Of a stretch of DNA of 64,000 nt, positions 34,046 to 44,953 are shown one piece after another. How positions within the stretch are numbered: the stretch's first letter is position 1; each line of letters begins with the position of its first letter. The notes under the pieces were generated by a model. The model was given only the letters and a program-made list of their open reading frames with translations. It made no database searches and was not told the DNA's origin. Source of the stretch: Trypanosoma brucei (taxonomy: Eukaryota); NCBI GenBank assembly GCA_000002445.1, contig CP000070.1, positions 1,216,001 through 1,280,000 on the forward strand. Reading direction: 5' to 3'. The position numbers and the translations under genes are program-made.

Positions 34046-36142
34046 TTAATCCTCATTCACGGACCACAGTTTAAGATGATCGTCTAGCGAAGAAGTAATA
34101 AGTTTGTTGCCGCACATATCCATGTGATAGACAGTGCTGTGATGTCCCACTAAAGTCTCGCAGTGCTCCCCTGTCTGAGCGTCCCAAATCATGACGCTCC
34201 AATCGCGAGCACATGTGTAAATGTACTTGTCGCTTGTAGAGAACATTGCCTGGTGAATGGGAACCTGGTGTCCCCTCCACGATAACACGCAGCTGTTGTT
34301 GCACCAGTCCCAAACCCTAACCTCGTGGTTCATTGCCGCAGATACAATACGCGTGTCGTCATGGGAGAACTGGCAGGACCACACCGTATCGGTGTGGCCA
34401 TCAAGTGAAACCTGTTCCTCATCCCTTTCCCATTCCCACACCTTGATAACCCTGTCGTCCCCACCAGACACAACGTACTTCCCTGAATCGGTGTTGCTGA
34501 AGCAGCAGTAGAATACAGCCAATGTATGGCCGCGGTACGTGCCCACCTTTGTCCCCGTGTTTCCGTTCCACACCCGAACGGTGTGATCGCATGAGCATGA
34601 CACGATGTAGTCGCCATTGGAATTGTACTTCACACAGTAAACCTTGTCTTCGTGACCCTTCAATGTATACACCTTGCCGCATGTCGCGACGTTCCAAACT
34701 TTGATTGTGCGGTCGTCTGATGACGATACCACGCGATTCCCACGCGGGGAGAAGTCGCACGAAAGTACAAAACCATTATGGCCACCCTTCATCACACTGC
34801 TGGTTCCACTAGAAGTGTTCCACACACGCACGGAGCGGTCGCGGCTCGCTGTGCAGAAGCGGTCGCCTTTAGGGGCGAAAGCACAGCAATACACGGCTGA
34901 AGTGTGGCCGGTATACGTCTTGAGCTCTCGAACCTCCACGCGACCATTAGAGAACGGCTTCACCTTGAACCCGGTGGTGGTCCCGGCGGTGTCAGCGGTT
35001 ACCGTTTCCGCCTTCACCTCGGTGATAGCATCATCTGCCACCACCGGACGCTTTTCTGGTGGAACACAAATGAGTTTCATGCGCTTGCCTTCTTGGGCTT
35101 GAGCCTGGCTCATCTCCACAAACATGCAGAACACGTCATCGTCATCCATGTCAATGATGTCCTCACCTTCATAAAAGGACATCGCCATCTTCCTCCCAAA
35201 CTTCTTTTCCACCATCCCGGTGAACTCTTCGAAGGTTGTGCCAGGAGCAATGTGTAGCACCTTGTTCGCTGTGTTGTTCTCCTCCTGGCAGTAGACGGCA
35301 ACCTTTCCACGCATCGTGCGGGACCCCGCCTGCAACCCGTCGTCATCGGTACCAGCGACCCCGCCTGTTGTATTGGGTTTTGGTACTGATACGCCTGTGC
35401 CTGTACCGGGCTCGCTTCGCAGCCTCGTGCTAAGATCCAGATCTGGTTGCTCCAGCACTTGCTTGATGAAGTTACTTATGGAATCCCGCTCCTCTAATGT
35501 CATGCTGGTATACTCTTCAATTGCCTCCATAGCGGCTGCACGCGGACGAGACGGCTGTTGCTGCTGCTCGGCCGTCTGACGGGACTCATGCCGTCCAGCG
35601 TCCCCGGCATCTTTCATCTTTGCTGCCTTGCGGGCTGCCTTCGCCTCCTTTGCCGCAACCAACATCGACCATATCTCATCCCCACTCAAAGATGAATTTG
35701 GTAAGTTTTTTTTAAACGTCTCCACCGCTACCTCCAGCGACGCGTCGTGCTTGACAAGTAGCTCAATAACAGCATGTTGCTTACCACTGGGAAGCCCCTG
35801 ATAGCTGAGTTGTTTCCCCTGAAAGGTTAGTGTCATTGTCTGCGGTTTCTCATCCACGGGTTTTTCCTCCACCGGCTTCTCAGCGGCGGCAGATTCGCTC
35901 TGTTTCTTTTTCTGTTTCTTTTCCATATAAGCCCGCTTGGCGTCGCTATATCGCTGTAATATGTCTGCACTGGGCGTATTCTGGCCCCCCTCAATGTTGT
36001 CACGAAAGGCCTGAACCACCACGTTATTATCAGCATCCAACTTGACGAGGATGTCCATGAGGTCTTTGGGTCGGTTTTCGGGGCGACCCTCATAAACAAC
36101 GGGTTTACCGCCTATGACGAAGCGTAGCTTCTCCTTGCTCAT
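34046..36142 (-). CDS. WD40-repeat protein (seven C-terminal WD repeats) with a duplicated ~45-aa N-terminal module and a PB1/ubiquitin-like segment
   Basis: Repeated GH...WD-like units (GHTSAVYCCAFAPKGDRFCTASRDRSVRVWN, GHNGFVLSCDFSPRGNRVVSSSDDRTIKVWN, GHEDKVYCVKYNSNGDYIVSCSCDHTVRVWN, and others). Internal duplication RFVIGGKPVVYEGRPENRPKDLMDILVKLDADNNVVVQAFRDN / LTFQGKQLSYQGLPSGKQHAVIELLVKHDASLEVAVETFKKN. Confidence 0.85.
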   Translation of the reverse strand: MSKEKLRFVIGGKPVVYEGRPENRPKDLMDILVKLDADNNVVVQAFRDNIEGGQNTPSADILQRYSDAKRAYMEKKQKKKQSESAAAEKPVEEKPVDEKPQTMTLTFQGKQLSYQGLPSGKQHAVIELLVKHDASLEVAVETFKKNLPNSSLSGDEIWSMLVAAKEAKAARKAAKMKDAGDAGRHESRQTAEQQQQPSRPRAAAMEAIEEYTSMTLEERDSISNFIKQVLEQPDLDLSTRLRSEPGTGTGVSVPKPNTTGGVAGTDDDGLQAGSRTMRGKVAVYCQEENNTANKVLHIAPGTTFEEFTGMVEKKFGRKMAMSFYEGEDIIDMDDDDVFCMFVEMSQAQAQEGKRMKLICVPPEKRPVVADDAITEVKAETVTADTAGTTTGFKVKPFSNGRVEVRELKTYTGHTSAVYCCAFAPKGDRFCTASRDRSVRVWNTSSGTSSVMKGGHNGFVLSCDFSPRGNRVVSSSDDRTIKVWNVATCGKVYTLKGHEDKVYCVKYNSNGDYIVSCSCDHTVRVWNGNTGTKVGTYRGHTLAVFYCCFSNTDSGKYVVSGGDDRVIKVWEWERDEEQVSLDGHTDTVWSCQFSHDDTRIVSAAMNHEVRVWDWCNNSCVLSWRGHQVPIHQAMFSTSDKYIYTCARDWSVMIWDAQTGEHCETLVGHHSTVYHMDMCGNKLITSSLDDHLKLWSVNED

Positions 36143-36702
36143 TGTTGAAGAAAGCTGTGTGCTGCCTTTCTATCTTTTTTTTTATTAATTCTTTTCCGTT
36201 GAAATGACGAATTAAAACTATACGTATATATATATATAAGCAGGTACGCGTGGCCTTGGTTACTTTTTCTTTTTGTGTTCGCTGTATTCAAAGAGGAAAA
36301 AATACAAATACACCAAGAGTCATTTTTTTAAAAAAAAAACCTTCGTTACCCAATGGTTCAAGTGGTGATGACAGCCAAAATCGTACAGTTCGGTATATTA
36401 AAACACTTATCAATGTGCGACCAACCCCCTCACACCAATGGCGACAAGGAGGGAAAATGAGTGGTGAGAAAAAAGACGTCAGAGGGAATCCAAGTTCCCT
36501 TTTAAACAACAGGCTGTACACCTTACAAAACATAGTATCCAACGTTGTAGCTTGCCTACTTGTGACAACACGCCGTGTGCACAATTTACACCACACGTTT
36601 TCATTCCCTCTGTGCCACATAACATAACGACCCCCATACTGCTCCGCTCCGCACACGCACACACGCTCTCCCTGTTGGCCGCGTATGCATATGCATGGTG
36701 TC

Positions 36703-37608
36703 TCAACTCTCAAATGTGCTGTCAGCCGATATGTCAAGCAGAACCCTCACCAGTTCCGGGCTCTGAAAATTTTCCTCATATTGCATCATCTCGTGCCGCG
36801 TGACCCATGCGTGGTCGATAGTCTTCGGCCTAAACTCTGAAAATTTCGGTCGTCCACTTAAATACGTAGCAACGTAAATAAAGAGCCAGCACCCATCGTT
36901 TGCGTTTGGCACCGTTGCCTGCGGTGCATTGGACCATACATAACAATCCAAACCCTCGCCGTTGTCCGTTGCAATCGCTCTCTCGGCCGCCATGCGCAGC
37001 GTTTCGCGTTCACGAAGCACCGTTTGGGGCACGGTCCACTTTCCAGAGGCCTCGTCGCGCACAATAAGGTGCAAATAGTCGTCGAGTTTACGGTGCAACG
37101 AATGACGTGTCGGAGGCGAGCTTGCGTTACTATTGGCGTTGCTGCTGCCATACGTGGCGGGGTCCCAAAGATCACGCGGGGTCACCCGGCGCTCCGGTTT
37201 GTACCGCTGCAGCACAACCCGCATGGCGTCTTGATAGAGCTCCAGTCCGAAGAAATTCGACTGGATTTGCCGCGGGTCCGTACGGTTTAGTGCGTCGATG
37301 GACTGGCCACGCTGCGCCATGAAGTGAGTTGCTGACTCGGATGACTCATGTCTGCTGTACCGCTGGTGTTCTCGTTGGAGAAGGAACGCCATTTCCATTT
37401 CCAGGGGATGCGGTGTGGGTTTTACAACGGGTTGACGATGAAGAAGATAAGCAACGCGCACCTTCGACTCACTTGCAGCCTGTTGGACCTCAGCCGCTGG
37501 CACCTGCGGTAACACAGGCGTGCGGTGCTGCGAATGAAATCCACGACACCCTGACAAAACTCGCGAAAGAGGAAGACGTGCTACCGGACGCATTTGCCTT
37601 CCTTCCAC
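36703..37608 (-). CDS. Mitochondrial-type protein with a degenerate Nudix-like box. Possibly mitoribosomal mL46-like
   Basis: N-terminal presequence-like MRPVARLPLSRVLSGCRGFHS. SGKWTVPQTVLRERETLRMAAERAI resembles a degenerate GX5EX7REUXEEXGU Nudix motif, as seen in mL46. Confidence 0.3.
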   Translation of the reverse strand: MEGRQMRPVARLPLSRVLSGCRGFHSQHRTPVLPQVPAAEVQQAASESKVRVAYLLHRQPVVKPTPHPLEMEMAFLLQREHQRYSRHESSESATHFMAQRGQSIDALNRTDPRQIQSNFFGLELYQDAMRVVLQRYKPERRVTPRDLWDPATYGSSNANSNASSPPTRHSLHRKLDDYLHLIVRDEASGKWTVPQTVLRERETLRMAAERAIATDNGEGLDCYVWSNAPQATVPNANDGCWLFIYVATYLSGRPKFSEFRPKTIDHAWVTRHEMMQYEENFQSPELVRVLLDISADSTFES

Positions 37609-37849
37609 CGTCGAAAATGGTACGGAGGACCCACTCCTTTAACTACAGCAAGGAATAAAACGAGGGGAAAGAAGTGGGCAGATTTCATGTGTATAAACCA
37701 AGTAGGGATCATTCCGCAGAGGTCTCAGCATCTACACGCAGAGCAAACTCCTGCACTCCAGGTGCCCTGGTCCACGGCCGTGACGCGAAGCAGGATTTAT
37801 TAGGTTCGATATGAGAACGGGGCGCAGATGCCACGCGGCATAGGCACCG

Positions 37850-38635
37850 TTACTCGTTTGCCCGCTCCTCCAGTGCGGCCACCCGCGCCTCCACGTCATT
37901 CAATCGTCGCATCACCGTCCCCACCATCATTCGCACCATCATCTCAAGCTCTTGCAATCGGGTTTCGAGCGCCGCCGTTTGACCGCTGGTTCCAGCTCCG
38001 TAATTAGAGTTATCGGAATACCCACCAGTTGGGGTCAGCTCTGGCAGTGGCGTCTCTTCGACTCCTGAAACACATATTGCGACGATATGGATCGCGTCCT
38101 TCGGTTTCCTTGCGAAGAACTTCAACTGCACCCGCTCACCAGGAACCACACAACAGTCGATGAAATGGAAATAGCGCGCGTCGCGGCTCAACCCCCCGAC
38201 AACAGCAGTTACAGCAACCTCACCACTGGCAACGGCGCTAGCTCCTTCATGTGTCTGGACTTCCGAGCCGTCCGTATGCAACTCTACAACCCTGGCATTA
38301 CTCACGATTGCAATGTGCGTCAAGCGCCTCTGCTCCCGCAACTCAACCCACGGCGCCTTTCCATCAGTCAACGCAACCACCTGTCCAGATCCCCTCGTAT
38401 CCGCACTATTCGCGTTCTTTTCATTACACGTGCCTTCGGTGCCACCGGTGGAAGCAGACGCTGCAGCAGCAGTTGCACCGGCCTGCGCGGCCTCTACACT
38501 ATCAAATACCAAAAGCGGTGGTGCTGGTGTCCCCCAACTGCACTGGCAGGCGCCACGCACAGTCATCAGAGCGGCTGCAAACAGGCGGAAGCAGCGGCAA
38601 ACCCAAGAATCTTCCCCAAACCCTAGCACGCACAC
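37850..38635 (-). CDS. Hypothetical protein
   Basis: 261-aa ORF. Upstream, the minus strand is pyrimidine-rich (plus-strand purine-rich 38640-39060). A coiled-coil end ETRLQELEMMVRMMVGTVMRRLNDVEARVAALEE. Confidence 0.4.
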   Translation of the reverse strand: MCVLGFGEDSWVCRCFRLFAAALMTVRGACQCSWGTPAPPLLVFDSVEAAQAGATAAAASASTGGTEGTCNEKNANSADTRGSGQVVALTDGKAPWVELREQRRLTHIAIVSNARVVELHTDGSEVQTHEGASAVASGEVAVTAVVGGLSRDARYFHFIDCCVVPGERVQLKFFARKPKDAIHIVAICVSGVEETPLPELTPTGGYSDNSNYGAGTSGQTAALETRLQELEMMVRMMVGTVMRRLNDVEARVAALEERANE

Positions 38636-38699
38636 ACACGCCGCTGCAGAACAGCAATAATAATGCAGGAGAGAAGAGGAATTAAAGAGAGAAGACTGT

Positions 38700-39514
38700 G
38701 CACATAAGAAAATCGAGAGACATCAAGGAAGAAAATAAGCAGTGAAACAACGGAAGAACACCCTCCACAAGTTAAAGCACAAATGATGATTTGATTAAAT
38801 TGTCACATGCGAAGTTCCGGTCCGCTAGTCTTGTGTGACGCCCCTCTGCGGCCAACGATAAAAGTAATGACAGTAGCATTAACAGTGGGAATGGAAACCA
38901 AAAAAAAAAAGCAAGAACAAAAACAACAACAACATTTGAACTAAACAAATAAAGCAACTGACCGAAGCGCGGGGCAGTTGGGTAAGGAAAAAAGTAAAAA
39001 GAAAAGAAAGGGAAAAGCATTGGAAAAGAAGTAAACGGGGAAAAGTATGAAACCCACACTTACACACACATATGTATATATTTCCGCATATAAATCCCCC
39101 CTTTCCCCCTTTTCAGGTATTTTATATGTTCACGTATAAAACATGAACACCCACGAGGAACCCCATGCAAACACATGTGCGTTGTATATATATATATATA
39201 TATGCATATATAGATAGAAACATACACACACATAAATAATATATATAACATGGTGTAGCATATATAATGTATCTAATGCAAGTACACATCATATAAATTA
39301 ATATAAATAAATAAATAAATAAATATATATATATATATATATATATAAATATATATATGAGCGTCCGTACTCACTTTACAAAAAAGACAAAGGAACGAGA
39401 ATGAACACAAACCTCACGTGAATCTTGGCGAACATATACATCTTCTAGTTGTGTGTACAGGTGCTCGCCTAGCGCATAGGAATGAAACCAAACTGCTCGC
39501 AGAAGTAAATTAAA

Positions 39515-39558
<44 letters not shown>

Positions 39559-41200
39559 TTATTTATTTATTTATTTATATTTAAAGTAATGCCAACGTGA
39601 TTACACAGACATACGCGCACACATGAAACCTCCCATCTCTTCTTTTTCTCAACTTCACTTCACTTCATTTCATATTTCCTTTTTCATTTCACCGCATCGC
39701 AACCACTTCCCTTTTCATGCTTTTAATTATCTATTCATTTATTTTATTTCAACACCAACAGCAACAAGAGTGGCAATTGTGACAATAACGGACGTTATAA
39801 TTTATCAACATTATTTACAGTTCCCTTCGCCGATGCAATCTTTCATCGGCTTCAAAGCCCGTCATTTTTTAGTGCTTCCCTCCATGGCGACATTTTCCCC
39901 GTTTCCCTTTCCCTTTCTCTCTTCTTGTTCTTCTTCCTCTTTGTCACTTGGTTTTACTTCTCTATTTTTTATTTTTAAACATTTAATATGTCATTCGGAC
40001 TCTTCAACCCTTTTCTCGACACTTCTTCCTTATATGTTGAATGATGACATGAGTTCTTTCCAAAACAAAACAAAACAAATAAGTAAATAAACAAATAAAA
40101 CAAACATAGGCAGGTTGTAACAAGTAATAAATAAATAAATATAAAAATAAAAAGCAAACGCAATTGTGTACGTATAAAATAAAACAAAAGGAAAACAAAC
40201 ACACGCACGTGGAGACAAAAAGGAGAAATAAACTGAGGCATGCCGAAAAATAAAATAATTGTGGGCGACAGTTCTAACGTTCTAATACTGCAGGCACCAC
40301 GGAATCGGAAACGGTGAGAACAAAAATAAAATAAAAAAAAAAGGAAACATCACCCAAACATTTTGTTTCATGTCGTCCGTTTTTCATAATATTTTTATTT
40401 TCTCTACTCTTCGCACTTCATCCGATTTGTATATATATTTCTAACAAACGGTAAAATAAAAATAAAAATAAAAATAAATAAATTAAAGCAAAACAAAACA
40501 AAACAAGCGGATAATTTTAATAACAAAAACAACAACAACTTCTTCCCTTAAGGGAAAACGAAATAAAAAAGAAATAGAATACGCCGGAGTGAATAAATAC
40601 TCTATATAGTTATGTGACTTTAAATTTTTTTTCTCGTATATATTTTTTCCTCGTTTAATATATTTATTTGGATATTTCTTTTTTTTTCATTTATATCATT
40701 TTATTCCCCTTCGCTTGTTCCCTTCCCTTTTCCCCTCCATCCCGCACATGCCACAATCACCATTGTGTTCTTCACGCTTTTACATTTCTCCCATTTTCGC
40801 TCAGTGGAGGCACCGCGGGGGATATGAAATGCCAGGGAGTTATGCAATAGAGGAAATGTGGCGTCTTATCGCTTGCCTTCGTTTTCCTTCTGCTATCGGT
40901 ATTGCTTTTGTTGTTATTCTTGTAGTGCTTCCAATCGCTATTGTTGAGAAAGTATAAAACAATTACGGCTTCCCCTAACACGCATTCACACGAAAAGAGG
41001 GGCACATGTCCCGTCGCTCCTTTCATGATCAACCGTTAATTGTCTCAACTTCTCGTACTTTTCACTGCTTCGTTTTTTTTTCTTCACTCTTTCATTCGCG
41101 ATCGCTTCCTCAACCTCACACATTCATCACCGTCATCGCAATGATCCCCTCGCACGTACGCACACACACACAAAAAAAAAAAGAAAAAAATATGCAAATG
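38700..41200. repeat. AT-rich low-complexity intergenic block with (TA)n, (ATAAATAA)n, (ATTT)n, (AAAATA)n microsatellites and poly-purine/poly-pyrimidine runs
   Basis: Direct reading, e.g. 39181-39200 (ta)n, 39291-39360 (ataa)n(ta)n, 39520-39575 (ta)n(attt)n, 40440-40480 (aaaata)n. No coherent ORF. Confidence 0.9.
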
Positions 41201-41204
41201 TGCC

Positions 41205-42497
41205 TCACTCACCGACTGCCCCGGCACGCGCCATGACACACTGCAGTTTGCTTTCAATTCTTCGCCCGTGTGAACTTGTGGGAAGAAGGGGTCGGATGCA
41301 CTGTGATATGGTGCGGAAGTCCACTTCACTTGTAGATGAGTCAATGATCGCCTGCAGCACAAAGTTACCGAAGCAATCGTTCATGAGGCGGCGGAGGTTG
41401 ACGGGATCACACACTGTTTCGGCAATGAGTGCTCGGCGCGCTGGGCCTTCAAGCACACGTACAACCTTCTCCACAACGTTTGAGGCAAACTTATTGCAAG
41501 AGAGGGCAACCCAGTGGCCAGCAAAGGCATGACAAACAACAACCGTCACAGCCTCAGGGTCCATGTGGTGCAGCACACACTGCACGACGTAGTTCCCGTA
41601 ACAATTCATTGTGAGTGCGGGAAGAGCGGGAAGCAGGCGGGAAATAATAAACCGCTGCTGGTGAGGTAGGGTGTTCTCAATAGTCCGGATGATGGTTATG
41701 CAACCCTGCTGTCGTTGTGCAAGTAGTTGGCTGTCCTGTGCAATGGCTTCAACAATAGGTGTGAGGGCATCGCTTTTATGCCGCTCGAAGACGCTCTGGA
41801 GAACACGGCGCGTGTATGGCGAACTCACAGCAAGATCTCGCACGAGACTTGGAGTGAAGTGTGGGACGAGCGTCGCCATCAAACCAGTGGGAATGAACTC
41901 AACGAGAGCACGCACGACGTGACAGCCATTCGAATCAAGCGCAACAGCGGGCAGGACCGGGCGAAACTCGTCCACAACAGTTCGCGTCATTTCCACGTGA
42001 TGCAGGCGCAACACCGACACTAACAAGTTGCGACCCGCCGACGTGCAGGCGGCACGAGGCAACTCCCCAACAATCGCACGAAATCTCTCAACGAGGCCAT
42101 TGGACAGATTGCCGGAGTCGAGTACGGCACTGTTGTACACATGACGAGGTGCCTCACAGTTTCCATCGCCGGAGCCGGAAACACATACGGGATCTGCGCC
42201 GTCATTATCGCTACGGGGAGCGGTAGATGCGTATGGGTTATGTGTGTAACGATGACTTCGATAACATCCCGCAGAGGCGGCAGCGTTTGTCGTGTTTGAT
42301 ACCGCTGGTTTTGGTGTCGCTGCCCCTTGTGCTGACAAGCTGGGTGATGAGTCGGAGGTCGTAAGCTCCCATGCGGAACGGCACTGTTGGGGGACTTGAA
42401 AGGGGTGTGTACACGCGCTTTGCGTTGCAACATTACTTTGTGGAACGTTGAGAGCTGGGACGGCCATCATTGTTAAGCGTTCACCCCTACGAAGCAT
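41205..42497 (-). CDS. Pumilio/PUF-family RNA-binding protein
   Basis: PUF repeat cores CFGNFVLQAIID, NCYGNYVVQCVLHH, NGCHVVRALVEF, FASNVVEKVV. Confidence 0.7.
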   Translation of the reverse strand: MLRRGERLTMMAVPALNVPQSNVATQSACTHPFQVPQQCRSAWELTTSDSSPSLSAQGAATPKPAVSNTTNAAASAGCYRSHRYTHNPYASTAPRSDNDGADPVCVSGSGDGNCEAPRHVYNSAVLDSGNLSNGLVERFRAIVGELPRAACTSAGRNLLVSVLRLHHVEMTRTVVDEFRPVLPAVALDSNGCHVVRALVEFIPTGLMATLVPHFTPSLVRDLAVSSPYTRRVLQSVFERHKSDALTPIVEAIAQDSQLLAQRQQGCITIIRTIENTLPHQQRFIISRLLPALPALTMNCYGNYVVQCVLHHMDPEAVTVVVCHAFAGHWVALSCNKFASNVVEKVVRVLEGPARRALIAETVCDPVNLRRLMNDCFGNFVLQAIIDSSTSEVDFRTISQCIRPLLPTSSHGRRIESKLQCVMARAGAVGE

Positions 42498-43242
42498 TAC
42501 CTACCACAACCGACAAGGCAACAGATAAACTTATATATGTATATATATATATGTGTGTGTCGCAAAGCCAGTAAGAAACAAACAAGGGAGAGAAGAAAAC
42601 AATGACCATCAAAAGGGTTGACAAACGAAGAGGAGTGCATCCAACAGCCGGTAATCTAAAGACGACCTGTCTGTGCATTAAGTTTAACATTTAAAAAAGA
42701 AAAAAAAGTGGTGCATGTATGCTTAGGCTCCCACGTGCAACAACATTGAATGACTTACGATGTACATGGAGGAAAAGATATAAGAGAGCATGGTTGAGGG
42801 AGCTTGGCACAACACTAGGGAGGAGCTGCAACAAGACCGAAAACAACCTGTACACGGAGAGTTTCATAATAATAACAATAATAACAACAGTGAGAATAAA
42901 TGGAAAGGAAGAAAATCACTTCACTCCCTTCGGCACAAACACCCACACACTTCTTCAGCAAACTCTATGTACACACGCTTTTGTATTGACTACTTTCCCT
43001 GCTAGCGCCACCAAGTACATGTAAGAGCCGCTAGCAGAGAGAACTCAGTTAACTGTGTCTAGGAGTGAGAAATAATTACTACGACAGCAGCAACGGCTAC
43101 AAATGAGTAAAATTGAACAATCGTCGTAGTTAGCTCAATGTGAGAGGGAAAAATAAAAAAGAAAAAAACATAACGAAAAATAAAAAAAAAGCCGCCGTTC
43201 AAACATACACATTCCGACGCCCGGGCGCGGCTCCTTCAGTCC

Positions 43243-44238
43243 TTATATGGGGGCGAGAAACCGATTTCCCTGTGAGCTTTGCGTCCGCCGCGAATTATTC
43301 CCCTGCAACCGTGACTTTTTTGAGGGATTGGCACATAACGTCGGCACATTACATATGTGATCGACCTCCACTGATAGCTGTTTTTGCCGTATCATGGACG
43401 GTTTCTGTAACTGTCCTTGAAGAGGAGAAGGGAGAGCGAACCCACCAATTCCCTGTGGAGTTACAGTTACAGTCACCGGCGAGGAGGAAACCGAGGTCCA
43501 TTGCCTGCCATCAATCAAGTCAAACAATTCATGAACGTCCAGGTCTGCGCTACTCGGGGCTCCCTTTCCGTTCGTGTTCCTGAAGCTGCTGGAGCCGTAT
43601 TCTTGACCACACATATCCACTTGTGAACTGCCGTTGCAGTCAATAGCACTAATGCGCCGCATGGCGTTCTTCCTCGACGTCTCGTCCAACCGATTCGCAA
43701 GCGAAATCGCCAGGGCCTTCCATCGCTCCCGCTCCGGTAAAGTGCCTTCCACCTTCTGTTCTAAGCGATGGCCACGCTGTTCCGCCTCTCTACATCGCGA
43801 CTCTACAAAACAGAGAGCCGAGCGCGCTGCCCTGTAGTTGTGATCTGCCCACTGAAGCTTAACACATTGTGCATGAGTTTGTTGCAACTCCTCCGTACAT
43901 TTTCGAACGACCGCGAGCAGATCCGTATATTTTTCTTTCAAATCATCGCGCTCTGTCTTTAGTGCTTCCATCTCACTCGTTAGCTTTTCGATCCTCTCCT
44001 CTTGCGCCAAACTCGCCTCTTTCGTGCATGCTTCGTTGTCCAACTGGATGGAGGAGCCACCAGTGTTGCTACAATCCCGTGCAGTCTTTGCGTTTAGCGC
44101 CCCTTCGAGGTTTGCGATGCGTGTTTTGAGTGCGGTGATAATCTCCCCAAGTGTCTTTATAATACCTTGCTGATCAGCAATTGTCTGCATCGTCAGCCTT
44201 GGATCAGCTTCAGCCAATGGAGGAACGCCATCACTCAT
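43243..44238 (-). CDS. Hypothetical coiled-coil protein
   Basis: 331 aa. Heptad-rich EERIEKLTSEMEALKTERDDLKEKYTDLLAVVRKCTEELQQT. Confidence 0.45.
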   Translation of the reverse strand: MSDGVPPLAEADPRLTMQTIADQQGIIKTLGEIITALKTRIANLEGALNAKTARDCSNTGGSSIQLDNEACTKEASLAQEERIEKLTSEMEALKTERDDLKEKYTDLLAVVRKCTEELQQTHAQCVKLQWADHNYRAARSALCFVESRCREAEQRGHRLEQKVEGTLPERERWKALAISLANRLDETSRKNAMRRISAIDCNGSSQVDMCGQEYGSSSFRNTNGKGAPSSADLDVHELFDLIDGRQWTSVSSSPVTVTVTPQGIGGFALPSPLQGQLQKPSMIRQKQLSVEVDHICNVPTLCANPSKKSRLQGNNSRRTQSSQGNRFLAPI

Positions 44239-44953
44239 TGTTATTCGTATTCAACTCTTAAGTTGCAACCGCTCCACACACACACACAAAAAGATTCCCA
44301 CACGCAGTCGCTTCCCTCCCCCTGACTCCTTTCTTTTTTTCCTGTAGTTTATTACTTGGTTTACTCTGTTACACTTGGTTGAACTTCTTGTACCTACGTG
44401 CACAGACTGAAAAAGATGGTTCCTGCTGAGTGCAGGGTATAAAGCGGTGCAGAAGAGAAGGAATGCGTCAGCGGTAACAAAATAAAACCGATTAATCACA
44501 ATGAAAACAAAAACTCACCGATTTTGTGGAGCAACGCAAAGCGAATAGAAGAAGTGTGGATGCACATATATATATATATGTGTGTGTGTGTGACTTATGT
44601 GACGCATTTTACATGTCGTGCAGACTTGCCACTGATAAGGACATATAACGATTCACAAGTGCCAAATAGAAAGGGAACTAAAAAGAACCAAGAGCAAGTA
44701 AACAACAGAAAAATGCCTTAAACCAGTAACGTAAGATTCTCCCTACTCCTTACCCTCACTGTTTTTTTTGTTGTTGGAGGGGAGGGAGACGGGATGAAGA
44801 ATAAACAAGGGGGAAAAGGACCCTCAGCATCCATTTATTTTCCACACCAAAGACTTTTTTTCAAAAAAAAAGGACATACACGAATAGTTGATGCCGCTGA
44901 TCGCCCCAACCTCTCAACTATTTTCAGTCAACAAACTGGTGGAAATAGATAAG

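Noticed and set aside
38700-41200. AT-rich block as a centromere
   Set aside because: Heterogeneous microsatellites rather than the regular ~147-bp AT-rich arrays of trypanosome centromeres. Only 2.5 kb, and sited between same-strand genes.
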